Source: Staphylothermus hellenicus DSM 12710
Lineage (GTDB): Archaea > Thermoproteota > Thermoprotei_A > Sulfolobales > Desulfurococcaceae
Assembly: GCF_000092465.1 (NCBI RefSeq)
Contig: NC_014205.1
Span: forward strand, 1,320,001 to 1,352,000
Direction of reading: 5' to 3'
DNA length: 32,000 bases
The notes beneath the pieces were generated by a model. It was given only the letters and a program-made list of their open reading frames with translations. It was not told the DNA's origin and made no database searches. Numbering within the stretch: the first letter of the stretch is position 1; each line of letters starts with the position of its first letter. Shown one piece after another: positions 1 to 8,117 of this stretch. The translations under genes were made by a program, and so were the position numbers.

Positions 1-313
1 GATGATTAGGTTTGTCTCCCACATATTGTTTTAAATCAATAATCAACAAGACCTGGTCCTCGTCAAGCAGCCTAAAAGCTCTTTCAGGGCTGAAGCCATA
101 TGCAATTGCTCTAACAACATCTCTAGCCTTCATTAATTCTAATGCTGTAGTTGTAGGAGATGCTGGCTCTATAATGACTGTTCCCGTCGTGGAATCTATT
201 GTGATAATTGTCCTAGTTCTACGCATTAACTCCTCCTTAATCTTGCCTTCATGCCCTATCAAAACACCTATTCTATCAGGTGGAACTTTCTCATAAAGCC
301 TCGTAACACCCAT
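1..313 (-). CDS. KH-domain RNA-binding protein (archaeal Dim2/Pno1-like), N-terminal part; continues beyond window start
   Basis: Not in the ORF track because there is no stop inside the window. Hand translation of the minus strand from ATG at 313-311 gives MGVTRLYEKVPPDRIGVLIGHEGKIKEELMRRTRTIITIDSTTGTVIIEPASPTTTALELMKARDVVRAIAYGFSPERAFRLLDEDQVLLIIDLKQYVG... It contains a KH GXXG loop (IGHEGK). The start lies 2 nt after the rio1 stop, fitting the conserved archaeal aIF1A-Rio1-KH order. Confidence 0.8.
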   Translation of the reverse strand, partial: MGVTRLYEKVPPDRIGVLIGHEGKIKEELMRRTRTIITIDSTTGTVIIEPASPTTTALELMKARDVVRAIAYGFSPERAFRLLDEDQVLLIIDLKQYVGDKPNH

Positions 314-315
314 TG

Positions 316-1125
316 TTAGCCTTCCCTTTTGCTCCTCAGACACTTCTTAATCACCCCTATTATCTCATCTACATTTTCTATATCATTTAATCCTGCTTCC
401 TCTCTAAAGAATCTGTTTATATTCTTAATGTCTCTAATAAGAAATTCCAAAGAGTTGGGATGATCTATATGAACAGCCTGGCTAACATCTATTATGATAA
501 TATCAGGTCCAGGTTTAACCATAACATTATACTCTGATAGATCACCATGAACTAGGTTCGCCTTACACACAATCTTGAATAGTTCTTCCAGTATGTACTC
601 ATATACTTTCTTGAGCTCATCAATACTTAGATGAGAGTAGACTTCTACTAGAAGAGGAAATCTTCTATTATTTTCCCCCATAAACTCCATTACTAATACA
701 TTATTTTTAAACGTTATCGGCCTAGGTACTTTGACTCCTATATTATACATTCTTTTAAGATTACGGAACTCTTTACGCGTCCAAGCATATATTATATCTC
801 TAGTATCTCCCGGCTTAAAATCCTCAAATCTTGGATCACCAATAATATATTTTAGCATTCCTTTTTTGAATACCGCTGAACTAGTCAAATATATTTTTAT
901 AGCTAAAGGCTCATTTTTCCATCCAAAACCAAGATATACACGTGCTTCTTTACCAGCGCTTATAACCCCGTTCATTCTACGTATAATTCTCTTTCTCATA
1001 AGGTATAAAATTGTCATAACGGTTTTTGTATCAAAAACCTCCTCAACTGTTTCAAATAAGTCTTTATCCTTGTATCTTTTAAGATCCCTACGTTTAATAA
1101 TGGGTTCAAAATCTTCATCAATCAT
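316..1125 (-). CDS. rio1: RIO-type serine/threonine protein kinase Rio1
   Basis: 269-aa ORF with a RIO nucleotide-binding loop (ISAGKEARVY), catalytic LVHGDLSEYN and IIIDVSQAV motifs. It has no N-terminal wHTH, so Rio1 rather than Rio2. The start overlaps the aIF1A stop by 4 nt. Confidence 0.9.
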   Translation of the reverse strand: MIDEDFEPIIKRRDLKRYKDKDLFETVEEVFDTKTVMTILYLMRKRIIRRMNGVISAGKEARVYLGFGWKNEPLAIKIYLTSSAVFKKGMLKYIIGDPRFEDFKPGDTRDIIYAWTRKEFRNLKRMYNIGVKVPRPITFKNNVLVMEFMGENNRRFPLLVEVYSHLSIDELKKVYEYILEELFKIVCKANLVHGDLSEYNVMVKPGPDIIIIDVSQAVHIDHPNSLEFLIRDIKNINRFFREEAGLNDIENVDEIIGVIKKCLRSKREG

Positions 1126-1457
1126 ATATACTCACTTAGCGCGTCTAAGAACTCTCTAGGAATCACACCTCTCTCTACAAGCTTTGCTACTTCGTTCCTA
1201 CGATACCTATATATAACCTCCCCTCTCTCAGGAGAGAAATCCCATATAGCTACAAGAACTATGTCTCCTTCATTCATCCACACCCTTCTCCTCATTTTAC
1301 CTGGAATACGCACTTTACGATCCATGCCATCCATACATTTAACAATCATATAATCGCCGCCTAGATGACGTATTATGCCGCAAATAACTGTTCCCTCAGT
1401 TGGTAGAGGAGGCTCCTTACTTGTTTCTTCGTATCTTTTTCTTTTCTTCCTAGGCAT
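1122..1457 (-). CDS. eif1a: Translation initiation factor aIF1A
   Basis: S1/OB-fold sequence (GTVICGIIRHLGGDYMIVKCMDGMDRKVRIPGKMRRRVWMNEGDIVLV) typical of eIF1A. I prefer ATG at 1457 (MPRKKRK...) because GGTGAT sits just upstream. The track start at 1466 is a GTG inside that SD. Confidence 0.93.
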   Translation of the reverse strand: MPRKKRKRYEETSKEPPLPTEGTVICGIIRHLGGDYMIVKCMDGMDRKVRIPGKMRRRVWMNEGDIVLVAIWDFSPERGEVIYRYRRNEVAKLVERGVIPREFLDALSEYI

Positions 1458-2535
1458 TATTATCACCTAATTCACTATTCTTAATCATGTAGACTTTATC
1501 TCTTACTCTAACAGCTCGGACTTTATCGCCTACAGATATATTGGCTAAGGTTTTTGTTCTTGGATAATCTATTATATTACCTGTCTCCTCATCTAATAGG
1601 TAAATAGTAGTCTTATCTTCTGCGATTACACTATATGTTTCACTATATACTAAATCCTCCGCTTTCTTAAGGTCTCCCCTCCAATATTTTTCAAACCTTA
1701 TATTCTCTATTCTTCCATCATCTAAGAACTCTGTTTTTATTCCATGCGGACTTACATCTATAACAACACCGGGTCTCCCCTCAAATTCTACTAGATCCCC
1801 CTTCTTGATCGATGGTAAGCGAACAGATAAAGTTGTTATTCCGGACCAGCGCCCCTTATCCGGGTTATATCGTACAGGTTTAAATGATTCAATAATTCTG
1901 GCACCTGTTAATCTATTTAGGATAGTAGATAGCCTCTTAGCTGCTACACTTGTTAAAAACTTAATATCTAAGCCGTATTTGTTCTTCTTTATTTCAACAA
2001 TATCTCCTGCAACACCTGGATCATTCAGTGCTTTATTTATAATTTTTTCTTCTTCACTACTAAAAGATCCATTTACACTTCTAATTTGTACAAGCGCTCG
2101 ATGAGATTTTCCTGCATATGCTAAACATTTCGGACACACTTTTCTATTGATATTTAAAACTATTTCTTTCTCCAAATCCAATGGATAATATTCTTCTACT
2201 ACCACATGTAATAAGGCTTTAACAGCATATTGTGATTCATTTATTCTATACGGCTCCGACAATATAGTGGCGTCTAATAAGTTAACGTGTTGGCGATCTA
2301 TGAATCTATATGCTTCGCTTATAAGTATTCTCCTAATAATATCCCTAAACGGCAAAGGATCCCTCCATTCACCCCTATACATCCATGAGCCGCATCTAGG
2401 ACATATAGTTATGTTTAAAACAGGTTTTGTCACAAATATTCCTCTATATTTGAGATAACAATCAATACAATAACCATCTATTAACGGCTCATTTTCCGGA
2501 ACTTTTCTTCCACAACGTACACAGTATTTATACAT
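1450..2535 (-). CDS. NMD3-family protein (archaeal 60S-export-factor homologue)
   Basis: N-terminal CxxC zinc clusters (CVRCGRKV...CIDCY...CPRCGSW...CPKC) and a length typical of archaeal NMD3. The likely start is MYKYCVRCG at 2535, preceded by AGGTTGATC. The longer track ORF (to 2604) would run into the upstream gene. Confidence 0.8.
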   Translation of the reverse strand: MYKYCVRCGRKVPENEPLIDGYCIDCYLKYRGIFVTKPVLNITICPRCGSWMYRGEWRDPLPFRDIIRRILISEAYRFIDRQHVNLLDATILSEPYRINESQYAVKALLHVVVEEYYPLDLEKEIVLNINRKVCPKCLAYAGKSHRALVQIRSVNGSFSSEEEKIINKALNDPGVAGDIVEIKKNKYGLDIKFLTSVAAKRLSTILNRLTGARIIESFKPVRYNPDKGRWSGITTLSVRLPSIKKGDLVEFEGRPGVVIDVSPHGIKTEFLDDGRIENIRFEKYWRGDLKKAEDLVYSETYSVIAEDKTTIYLLDEETGNIIDYPRTKTLANISVGDKVRAVRVRDKVYMIKNSELGDNNA

Positions 2536-2558
2536 AATGATCAACCTTCGAATTCTAA

Positions 2559-2885
2559 CTAGTGATATACAGCGTATTGTGCATGAGGGATTTTGTTTAT
2601 CCATAAAATAGCATCTGGATGAATAAATCCCTCTTCAACAGCTTTCTCAACAATGCTCCTACCTACAAGATTAGCGATGGTAGCCTTCCTAAGGATTTTA
2701 AAAGCTGCATTTATACTCATAAGTTCTCCCTTATAAAAATATGGATCAACATATAGTTCTATACCTTTCTCTTTATCAACTAGTCTTTCACCTAGTAAAC
2801 CCTCATCACATATAGCAACAACTACTTCTTCACCATATCTATGTATCTTTACATATACTCTATCTGTTCTCATACTATACTTCAT
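2559..2885 (-). CDS. Conserved archaeal protein, DUF424-like (function unknown)
   Basis: 108-aa ORF. The pattern VYVKIHRYGEEVVVAICDEGLLG...ATIANLVG...IPHAQ matches my recollection of the DUF424 family. It lies 23 nt upstream of NMD3 on the same strand. Confidence 0.6.
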   Translation of the reverse strand: MKYSMRTDRVYVKIHRYGEEVVVAICDEGLLGERLVDKEKGIELYVDPYFYKGELMSINAAFKILRKATIANLVGRSIVEKAVEEGFIHPDAILWINKIPHAQYAVYH

Positions 2886-2978
2886 GATGTTATCAAGCCA
2901 CGATCATGTTCTTTCAGAAAATAAATTCTATTTAACACCTTATTAAAGATAAAAGACAAGCGGAGAATTTGGATATTT

Positions 2979-3407
2979 TTAAAATGCTTCCAAAGTAGTT
3001 TCTGCACCGCATGCTTCACATTTAAGTATGAAAACTTTTCCTTTCTTTATTAATTTGGTGAATCTACTACCACATGTTGGACAAATAACGTATTTTTTAA
3101 CAAATAAGTTTATCAGTCTATTAATGACGTGTGAGCTGAATCTACCTTGTAATATCAGCTGCCCTGATTCATTCATGTATGCTGGAACTCCAAGTTCTTT
3201 AACAAAGTATCTCTGCAAGATCTTTGGATCCCTATTAATAATGTCTGTTATCTGCTTAAAGTTAAGTATTAAAGTTTTCCCTCCAGCAAACATTACTTCA
3301 GCCCTAGGAACCTCGAAAGCCTCCTTAGATACTGGTCTAGCCGGTAATTTAGAGTATACTCTCTCCAATAGTTCTTCATATTTATAATCGCGTATCCGGC
3401 GAGCCAA
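2979..3407 (-). CDS. eif2b: Translation initiation factor aIF2 beta subunit
   Basis: 142 aa with a C-terminal zinc ribbon (CPTCGSRFT...CEACGAE) and the central eIF2-beta/eIF5 core (LILNFKQI...YFVKELG). Confidence 0.93.
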   Translation of the reverse strand: MARRIRDYKYEELLERVYSKLPARPVSKEAFEVPRAEVMFAGGKTLILNFKQITDIINRDPKILQRYFVKELGVPAYMNESGQLILQGRFSSHVINRLINLFVKKYVICPTCGSRFTKLIKKGKVFILKCEACGAETTLEAF

Positions 3408-3522
3408 TTCTCCACCCTCACAAGTGTTCTTTTACTTATTAAAATCAAGTATATTAGCGGTTAAATAATGTATGGTTAGAATGATAATTGATAATTAAGC
3501 GTTAAAGCAAAGGTATACAGTT

Positions 3523-4812
3523 ATGGCGAGAAGAGTATATATTGAAACATATGGTTGCGCTCTGAATAGGGGAGACGAATACATTATGAAAACAGTGCTG
3601 GTTAGCAGAGGGCATAGACTAGTTAATGAAATAGCAGAAGCAGATACTATTATAATAAATACTTGCACGGTAAGATACGATACAGAACTAAAAATGATTA
3701 AGAGAATAAAGGAACTCTACAAAATAGCTAGTGAACAAAATAAAAAACTAATAGTCGCTGGCTGCATGGCTAAGGCTCAACCATATAAAATACATAAAAT
3801 AGCACCCAGAGCCAGTCTTGTTTCTCCACAAAACGCTTCCAAGATATGGATAGCTGTTGAAAGCGATAAACAAGTATTTCTATTAAAAGGCGAACGTGAT
3901 AGAAATATTCTTGGAACACATGTTGATAAACAAATAGCCTACTTACCGATACAAGAAGGATGCTTAGGGAACTGTAGCTTCTGCATAGTAAAGAATGCCC
4001 GTAGACAACTTGTAAGCTACCCGATAAACAAGATAAAAAACACAGTAGAAGAACTAGTTGGTAAAGGAGTGGTAGAAATAGAGTTAACGGGTCAAGACAC
4101 AGCATCTTATGGATTAGATCTTTATGGAAAACAGAAACTACCCCATCTCCTCGAGGAACTAGATAGAATAAAAGGTAATTTCATGATAAGAATTGGAATG
4201 ATGAATCCAGATACACTAGCCAATATTCTTGATGAACTAGTAGAAATCATTAAGTACAGCGCACATATTTACCGCTTCCTACATATACCGCTTCAAAGCG
4301 GCAGCGATAAAGTACTAAGAGTCATGAAGAGGAAATATACAGTAGATGAGTATCGAGAGATAATTAAGACTTTGAGAAAGAAAATACCTGAAATAAGCAT
4401 AGCAACAGATATTATCGTGGGGCATCCGGGAGAGGAAGAAGAGGATTTTGAACAAACACTAAGTATTATAAAGGAATTAAAATTTGAAAGAATACATCCA
4501 GCTGTTTATAGTATAAGGCCAAATACTTATTCAGCATCGCTACGTCAAGTGCCAACAAGCGATAAGAAGATCAGAATGCTTAGATTATTGAAGATCATAG
4601 AAGATGTTGGATTAGAGATTCATAGAAAATATTTAGGAAAAATCTTGGATACTTTTGTAACAGAATACAGCAATACATGGATAGGGAGAACTCTAAACTA
4701 CATACCAGTCATAATATTTTCCAACAATACGTTAAACTTCGGAGATCACGTAAAGACACAAATAACTAATGCAACATTCTATGATTTAAGAGGAGTTATT
4801 GTTTCATCCTAA
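3523..4812 (+). CDS. Radical-SAM methylthiotransferase, MiaB/CDKAL1 (archaeal MtaB-like) family
   Basis: UPF0004 N-domain cysteines (YGCALN, NTCTVR, AGCMA), a radical-SAM CLGNCSFC (CxxxCxxC) motif, and a C-terminal TRAM-like region. Confidence 0.85.
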   Translation: MARRVYIETYGCALNRGDEYIMKTVLVSRGHRLVNEIAEADTIIINTCTVRYDTELKMIKRIKELYKIASEQNKKLIVAGCMAKAQPYKIHKIAPRASLVSPQNASKIWIAVESDKQVFLLKGERDRNILGTHVDKQIAYLPIQEGCLGNCSFCIVKNARRQLVSYPINKIKNTVEELVGKGVVEIELTGQDTASYGLDLYGKQKLPHLLEELDRIKGNFMIRIGMMNPDTLANILDELVEIIKYSAHIYRFLHIPLQSGSDKVLRVMKRKYTVDEYREIIKTLRKKIPEISIATDIIVGHPGEEEEDFEQTLSIIKELKFERIHPAVYSIRPNTYSASLRQVPTSDKKIRMLRLLKIIEDVGLEIHRKYLGKILDTFVTEYSNTWIGRTLNYIPVIIFSNNTLNFGDHVKTQITNATFYDLRGVIVSS

Positions 4813-5595
4813 CTCTATGAATTCTATGATAGGATTATATTTTGCGAGACTTCTACTTAATAAATCAGCAAGCTTTACTAGATCCGAGAATCTCAAAGGT
4901 ATTGATAAAGGATAAGCATTGATCCTAGCAATTACTTCACCGCCCCCAATCCTATCTATTAATATTTTCTTATCATCAAGTCTGAAAACCCCAGTATCTA
5001 TTTCTCTCAGCGAAGCAGTTACATCCTCTATTACTTTAATAGGATTACCTTCTGCATGGCTAAGCTTTAATCTTAACTGTATTACTGGTACATATTCCTT
5101 AATTATAGCATTTGTAAGCGCGCTATTTGAGACATATATTCTTCTCCCATACATATCTTCAATAATAGTATTAGTAAGCTCTACGCTTACAATCCTACCA
5201 TGGATTGGTTTATGATGATTCGGCAAATAGATCTCATAGTTTCTGCCGCGCATATGCCTAATTAGTTGAAGATTAATATATGCAACGAATTCTCTAAGCT
5301 CATAATAGAATAATATAATGGCCATGATCGCAAATACTAAGACAGCATAGACAACTACGGGGGGTGAAACTAGAGCTTGAAGAAATGCTACAAGTATAAC
5401 AAGTATAGCGGAAAGATCAACGAATCTCATCACAGTAGATTTAGTACTAATAGTAATTACTCCTCTATCAAATAATACTGAGAGAAACCTGTTTATTATG
5501 AAACGAACAAGAATAACTAATAAGGTTATTATGAGTGCAGACTGCAAACTAAACAAAATACCCTCAATTGTAAGGTTGGTAGTGTTAATAGTCAT
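4804..5595 (-). CDS. Small-conductance mechanosensitive channel (MscS family)
   Basis: Three N-terminal hydrophobic helices followed by a beta-rich cytoplasmic domain ([28 protein letters not shown]), typical of MscS. ATG at 5595 is preceded by GGGTGA and lies 4 nt after the trkA stop. The alternative start at 5625 would overlap trkA. Confidence 0.7.
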   Translation of the reverse strand: MTINTTNLTIEGILFSLQSALIITLLVILVRFIINRFLSVLFDRGVITISTKSTVMRFVDLSAILVILVAFLQALVSPPVVVYAVLVFAIMAIILFYYELREFVAYINLQLIRHMRGRNYEIYLPNHHKPIHGRIVSVELTNTIIEDMYGRRIYVSNSALTNAIIKEYVPVIQLRLKLSHAEGNPIKVIEDVTASLREIDTGVFRLDDKKILIDRIGGGEVIARINAYPLSIPLRFSDLVKLADLLSRSLAKYNPIIEFIELG

Positions 5596-5599
5596 TAAG

Positions 5600-6244
5600 T
5601 CACCCTTTGAAATATTTTTCAACATCTCTTATTTTAGATAAGATAATTAATTGATACCCTGGCTTCAACTCTAATTCATCTATTGGAGGCTTAAAGTCTC
5701 TACCGTCGAACACTAGGAGAATCCTTATATCCTCAGGCAAATTTAATTCTTTAATCTTAGATCCGACAACCATGTCTGTTTCAGCTAACGAGATAAGCGA
5801 TAAATAATAGTCCCCAAAAGTGCTTATTGGTAACGAACTTACTACTGATTCCAAGTAATTGCTTATCATTGAAGCCACGATCGAAGATTGCGTAACAGGT
5901 ATGCCGAGTTCCAGTTCATATAATAGATCAGCCATTCTATGATCAGTTACTTTAGCTATACGATGCGGTACATTATATAGCTTTGCTATTGCAAGAACTA
6001 ATAGATTAACTTCATTGCTTCCAGTTAGAGCTATAACCATGTCTATTTGTTCCATTTGTAAATCGGTAGTGTAAAGCGATACATCAGTTGCATCCTTGCC
6101 TATGACGAAAACATCGAAATTACTCGAAATCTCTTGTCTCCTAATAGGATCTTTCTCTACAACATAGACTTGATGTTTCTTCAAATCAAGTCTTCTAAGC
6201 AGTTCTTCTGCGACTTTTCCCCCGCCAACTATGAGTATTCTCAA
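5600..6244 (-). CDS. trkA: K+ uptake system NAD-binding subunit TrkA
   Basis: N-terminal Rossmann motif MRILIVGGGKVAEEL (GxGxxG), RCK/TrkA-N plus TrkA-C architecture, and position adjacent to trkH. Confidence 0.85.
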   Translation of the reverse strand: MRILIVGGGKVAEELLRRLDLKKHQVYVVEKDPIRRQEISSNFDVFVIGKDATDVSLYTTDLQMEQIDMVIALTGSNEVNLLVLAIAKLYNVPHRIAKVTDHRMADLLYELELGIPVTQSSIVASMISNYLESVVSSLPISTFGDYYLSLISLAETDMVVGSKIKELNLPEDIRILLVFDGRDFKPPIDELELKPGYQLIILSKIRDVEKYFKG

Positions 6245-6271
6245 AGATATACACCTATATAATTGAGAATA

Positions 6272-7705
6272 TTACTTCAATATTTTAACAGCTTTCCTCC
6301 CAGCAAGATATCCAAATATAGTGATTACCTGGATATATTCTACTCTTCCAAGCAACATTAGAGTCATTATGGTGAGCTTTACGCCTAATGGAGCTGTTGG
6401 AGATACAACACCTACGCTTAAACCAACACATCCAGCCGCGGATGTTGCCTCAAATAATGTGTCAACAAAGCTGTAACCATAGATCGTCATAAATGTTGCT
6501 CCCATAAAAATAGCAAGTGAATGTATAAAAGCAAAAAGTAGGGCTTGAGAAACCTCTGATTCATCGATGGGTTTGCCATCGACTCGTAATGTTTTCTCAG
6601 CTTTTCCGCCAAGAATAGTTGATATTGATGAATACTTGAATTTTTTAAGAATTAATAATAACCTGAAACTCTTGATCCCGCCAGCCGTTGAAAAGATCAT
6701 TCCGCCAAAATACATGGATGCTGTTAGCACTAGTTTTGCTGTAGCAGACAAGTCTGAAATAGAGCCTATGCTGAAACCAGTTGTTGTCATAGCTGAGACA
6801 AGGTTAAATGGGCCTGCCAATAAACTATAATATAAATCATAGTGATCAACAAAGTGATAGGATATAATTGTTAGAAATACTAGCACAAGCATTGTATAAA
6901 GATATGTTTTAAATTCCTCGCTTCTCCATACTCTACCTAAGTCTCCTCGAAGTAGTTTATCTAGTAATACAAAATTCATTCCTCCTAGAAACATAAGAAC
7001 CATTACCGGTATATATGTGATCGGTGCTCTTTCAAATATCACTTGGTATCCAGCATCATATGTTGACATACCACCCGTCGCAACAGTTGTTAATACATGG
7101 TTGAATGCTTCATAAAAATTCATGCCTGCATATACATATGATACTATACCTGCTATTGTAAGGATTAAATATATACGTATAAGTTTTCGCGCAGTCATAT
7201 AGAATGAAGCCTCTATTTTCAAAGGCCTCTCAACACCATATGCAGAAGCCCCTAAACGATAAAAATATGGAAATAAAACCATAGCAAAAACAACTACTCC
7301 AAGCTCGCCGCTCCACTGCATTATACTTCTCCAAGTAACAATCGAGGGTTTCATATAGTCTAGACCAGCTAACACAGTAAACCCTGTTCCCGTAAAACCA
7401 GATATTGATTCAAACCATGCATCAACAAAGCTAATATTCAGACTCAGCATTAGGGGGATTGAAGACTCAAAAGAAATTAGGGGCCAAGCAACACTTGTTG
7501 CAACTATACCATCAAGTAAACCAACGGGTTTAGCCTCTATTTTCTGTAAATAATAACCTAGAAGAATCAAGAATAATGCGAAAAAAGTAAAACTAAGCGT
7601 TAAAGGCTTAAATGTTAAAAGATCGATTAAAGGGACAGAAAGCATTAATAATCCCACAACAATTTCCAAAGCACCAATAATCTTTACTATACCCCTCCAA
7701 TTCAA
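6272..7705 (-). CDS. trkH: K+ transporter membrane subunit TrkH
   Basis: 477-aa polytopic membrane protein with four repeated selectivity-loop glycine motifs (GFTGTGFTV, VATGGMST, MTTTGFSIG, STAGGIKS). Confidence 0.9.
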   Translation of the reverse strand: MNWRGIVKIIGALEIVVGLLMLSVPLIDLLTFKPLTLSFTFFALFLILLGYYLQKIEAKPVGLLDGIVATSVAWPLISFESSIPLMLSLNISFVDAWFESISGFTGTGFTVLAGLDYMKPSIVTWRSIMQWSGELGVVVFAMVLFPYFYRLGASAYGVERPLKIEASFYMTARKLIRIYLILTIAGIVSYVYAGMNFYEAFNHVLTTVATGGMSTYDAGYQVIFERAPITYIPVMVLMFLGGMNFVLLDKLLRGDLGRVWRSEEFKTYLYTMLVLVFLTIISYHFVDHYDLYYSLLAGPFNLVSAMTTTGFSIGSISDLSATAKLVLTASMYFGGMIFSTAGGIKSFRLLLILKKFKYSSISTILGGKAEKTLRVDGKPIDESEVSQALLFAFIHSLAIFMGATFMTIYGYSFVDTLFEATSAAGCVGLSVGVVSPTAPLGVKLTIMTLMLLGRVEYIQVITIFGYLAGRKAVKILK

Positions 7706-7740
7706 TACATCAACACCGTTTCATATATTCCACATATTAG

Positions 7741-7800
7741 ATTCAGCCAATAGCCCGATCATCATATTAATCAGACCCGTGACGATTCCTTCATCACATA
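7741..7800 (-). ncRNA. C/D-box sRNA (2'-O-methylation guide)
   Basis: Minus-strand read 7800->7741 is TAT-GTGATGA-AGGAATCGTCACGGGT-CTGA-TTAAT-ATGATGA-TCGGGCTATTGG-CTGA-AT. This has perfect C (RUGAUGA), D' (CUGA), C' (AUGAUGA) and D (CUGA) boxes in canonical order. The D guide is 12 nt and the D' spacer is 16 nt. The locus is intergenic, with a TATA-like TTTTATAT about 20 nt upstream. Confidence 0.75.
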
Positions 7801-7812
7801 AGAATAACCAGA

Positions 7813-7820
7813 ATATAAAA
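7813..7820 (-). promoter_or_regulatory. TATA-like box upstream of the C/D-box sRNA
   Basis: The minus-strand sequence TTTTATAT starts about 23 nt before the C box. This is a positional argument only. Confidence 0.4.
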
Positions 7821-7910
7821 TATAGTCAATTACGATATAAACATATTTACTAATAAGATCTCAAGTTAAAAATATACATGATCATTGAATAGTATGGCAC
7901 ACAACAGAAA

Positions 7911-8070
7911 TGAGGCCCGCGGAATTTAAACCCCTAATCACCCGGTATCTAACGAGTCTATACCGCCCTGCTTTCATTTCACGCTCCGCTTGGAGGGGAT
8001 TTCAAGCAGGTGGAGGACTCAAGCCCCCACTACAGCTGGACACTCTGCCGCTGAGCTACGGCAAGTTCCC
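7911..8070 (-). ncRNA. Unclassified G+C-rich structured RNA with tRNA-like 5' and 3' termini and an internal k-turn-like hairpin (not a canonical tRNA)
   Basis: This is a sharp G+C-rich island in an AT-rich intergenic region. The minus strand 8058-8041 reads TAGCTCAGCGGCAGAGTG, the tRNA U8-to-26 D-arm consensus, followed by TCCAG-CTGTAGT. The 3' end GGGGTTTAAATTCCGCGGGCCTCA resembles a degenerate T-arm plus acceptor. Internal hairpins lie at 8030-8010, 8009-7968 (CTGCTT/AAGCAG closed by tandem GA..GA) and 7965-7943. A TATA-like box sits upstream and a T-rich tract downstream. No GTTCRA T-loop occurs on either strand. Confidence 0.5.
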
Positions 8071-8092
8071 AATAAGATGCTTATTATTGGGG

Positions 8093-8100
8093 TTTTATAG
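8093..8100 (-). promoter_or_regulatory. TATA-like box (CTATAAAA) upstream of the structured RNA
   Basis: The minus-strand sequence GAAAAACTATAAAACCCC ends about 23-25 nt before the GGGAACTTGCCG start of the G+C-rich island. It lies just after the stop of the upstream DUF447 gene. Confidence 0.45.
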
Positions 8101-8117
8101 TTTTTCTTCCTAAAACC

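Noticed and set aside
12-296. 94-aa plus-strand ORF at the window start
   Set aside because: It is antisense to the well-supported KH-domain gene and has low-complexity Ser/Leu/Ile composition.
731-1159. Long antisense ORFs throughout the window (for example 731-1159, 3028-3387, 20600-20962, 24095-24562, 26006-26329)
   Set aside because: All lie opposite strongly supported conserved genes and are Ser/Leu/Ile/Phe-rich with no motifs. They are the expected by-product of purine-rich coding strands in an AT-rich genome.
5211-5217. Isolated C-box-like heptamers inside or next to coding regions (for example ATGATGA at 5211, CTGATGA at 12554, GTGATGA at 31315, TTGATGA on the minus strand near 29505)
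   Set aside because: None is followed by correctly spaced D'/C'/D boxes. All are explained by coding sequence or start-codon context.
7943-8030. Classifying the internal hairpins as a canonical H/ACA sRNA
   Set aside because: The k-turn-like GA/GA motif above a 6-bp stem and a possible pocket (lower stem TGAGTC/GACTCG) are suggestive. However, there is no ACA box on the minus strand, and the lower stem is only 6 bp and competes with the two flanking hairpins. The evidence is insufficient.
7911-8070. Calling the island a complete intron-containing tRNA-Tyr(GUA), or alternatively tRNA-Ser(UGA) from the CTTGAGT hairpin loop
   Set aside because: No GTTCRA T-loop occurs on either strand, and there is no complement (CGGCAAG) to the putative acceptor CTTGCCG. 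The best anticodon-stem partner (CCGGG, 7945-7941) has an A-C mismatch and only a partial bulge-helix-bulge. The Ser reading lacks a type-II D-arm and variable arm. I could not assemble exons into a cloverleaf.
7910-8113. 67-aa plus-strand ORF (MRPAEFKPL...) covering the G+C-rich island
   Set aside because: It is exactly coextensive with the structured-RNA island. Its composition (Pro/Gly/Arg/Leu from G+C-rich sequence) is unlike every other gene here, and it has no SD or recognisable domain. It is almost certainly an artefact of the RNA gene.
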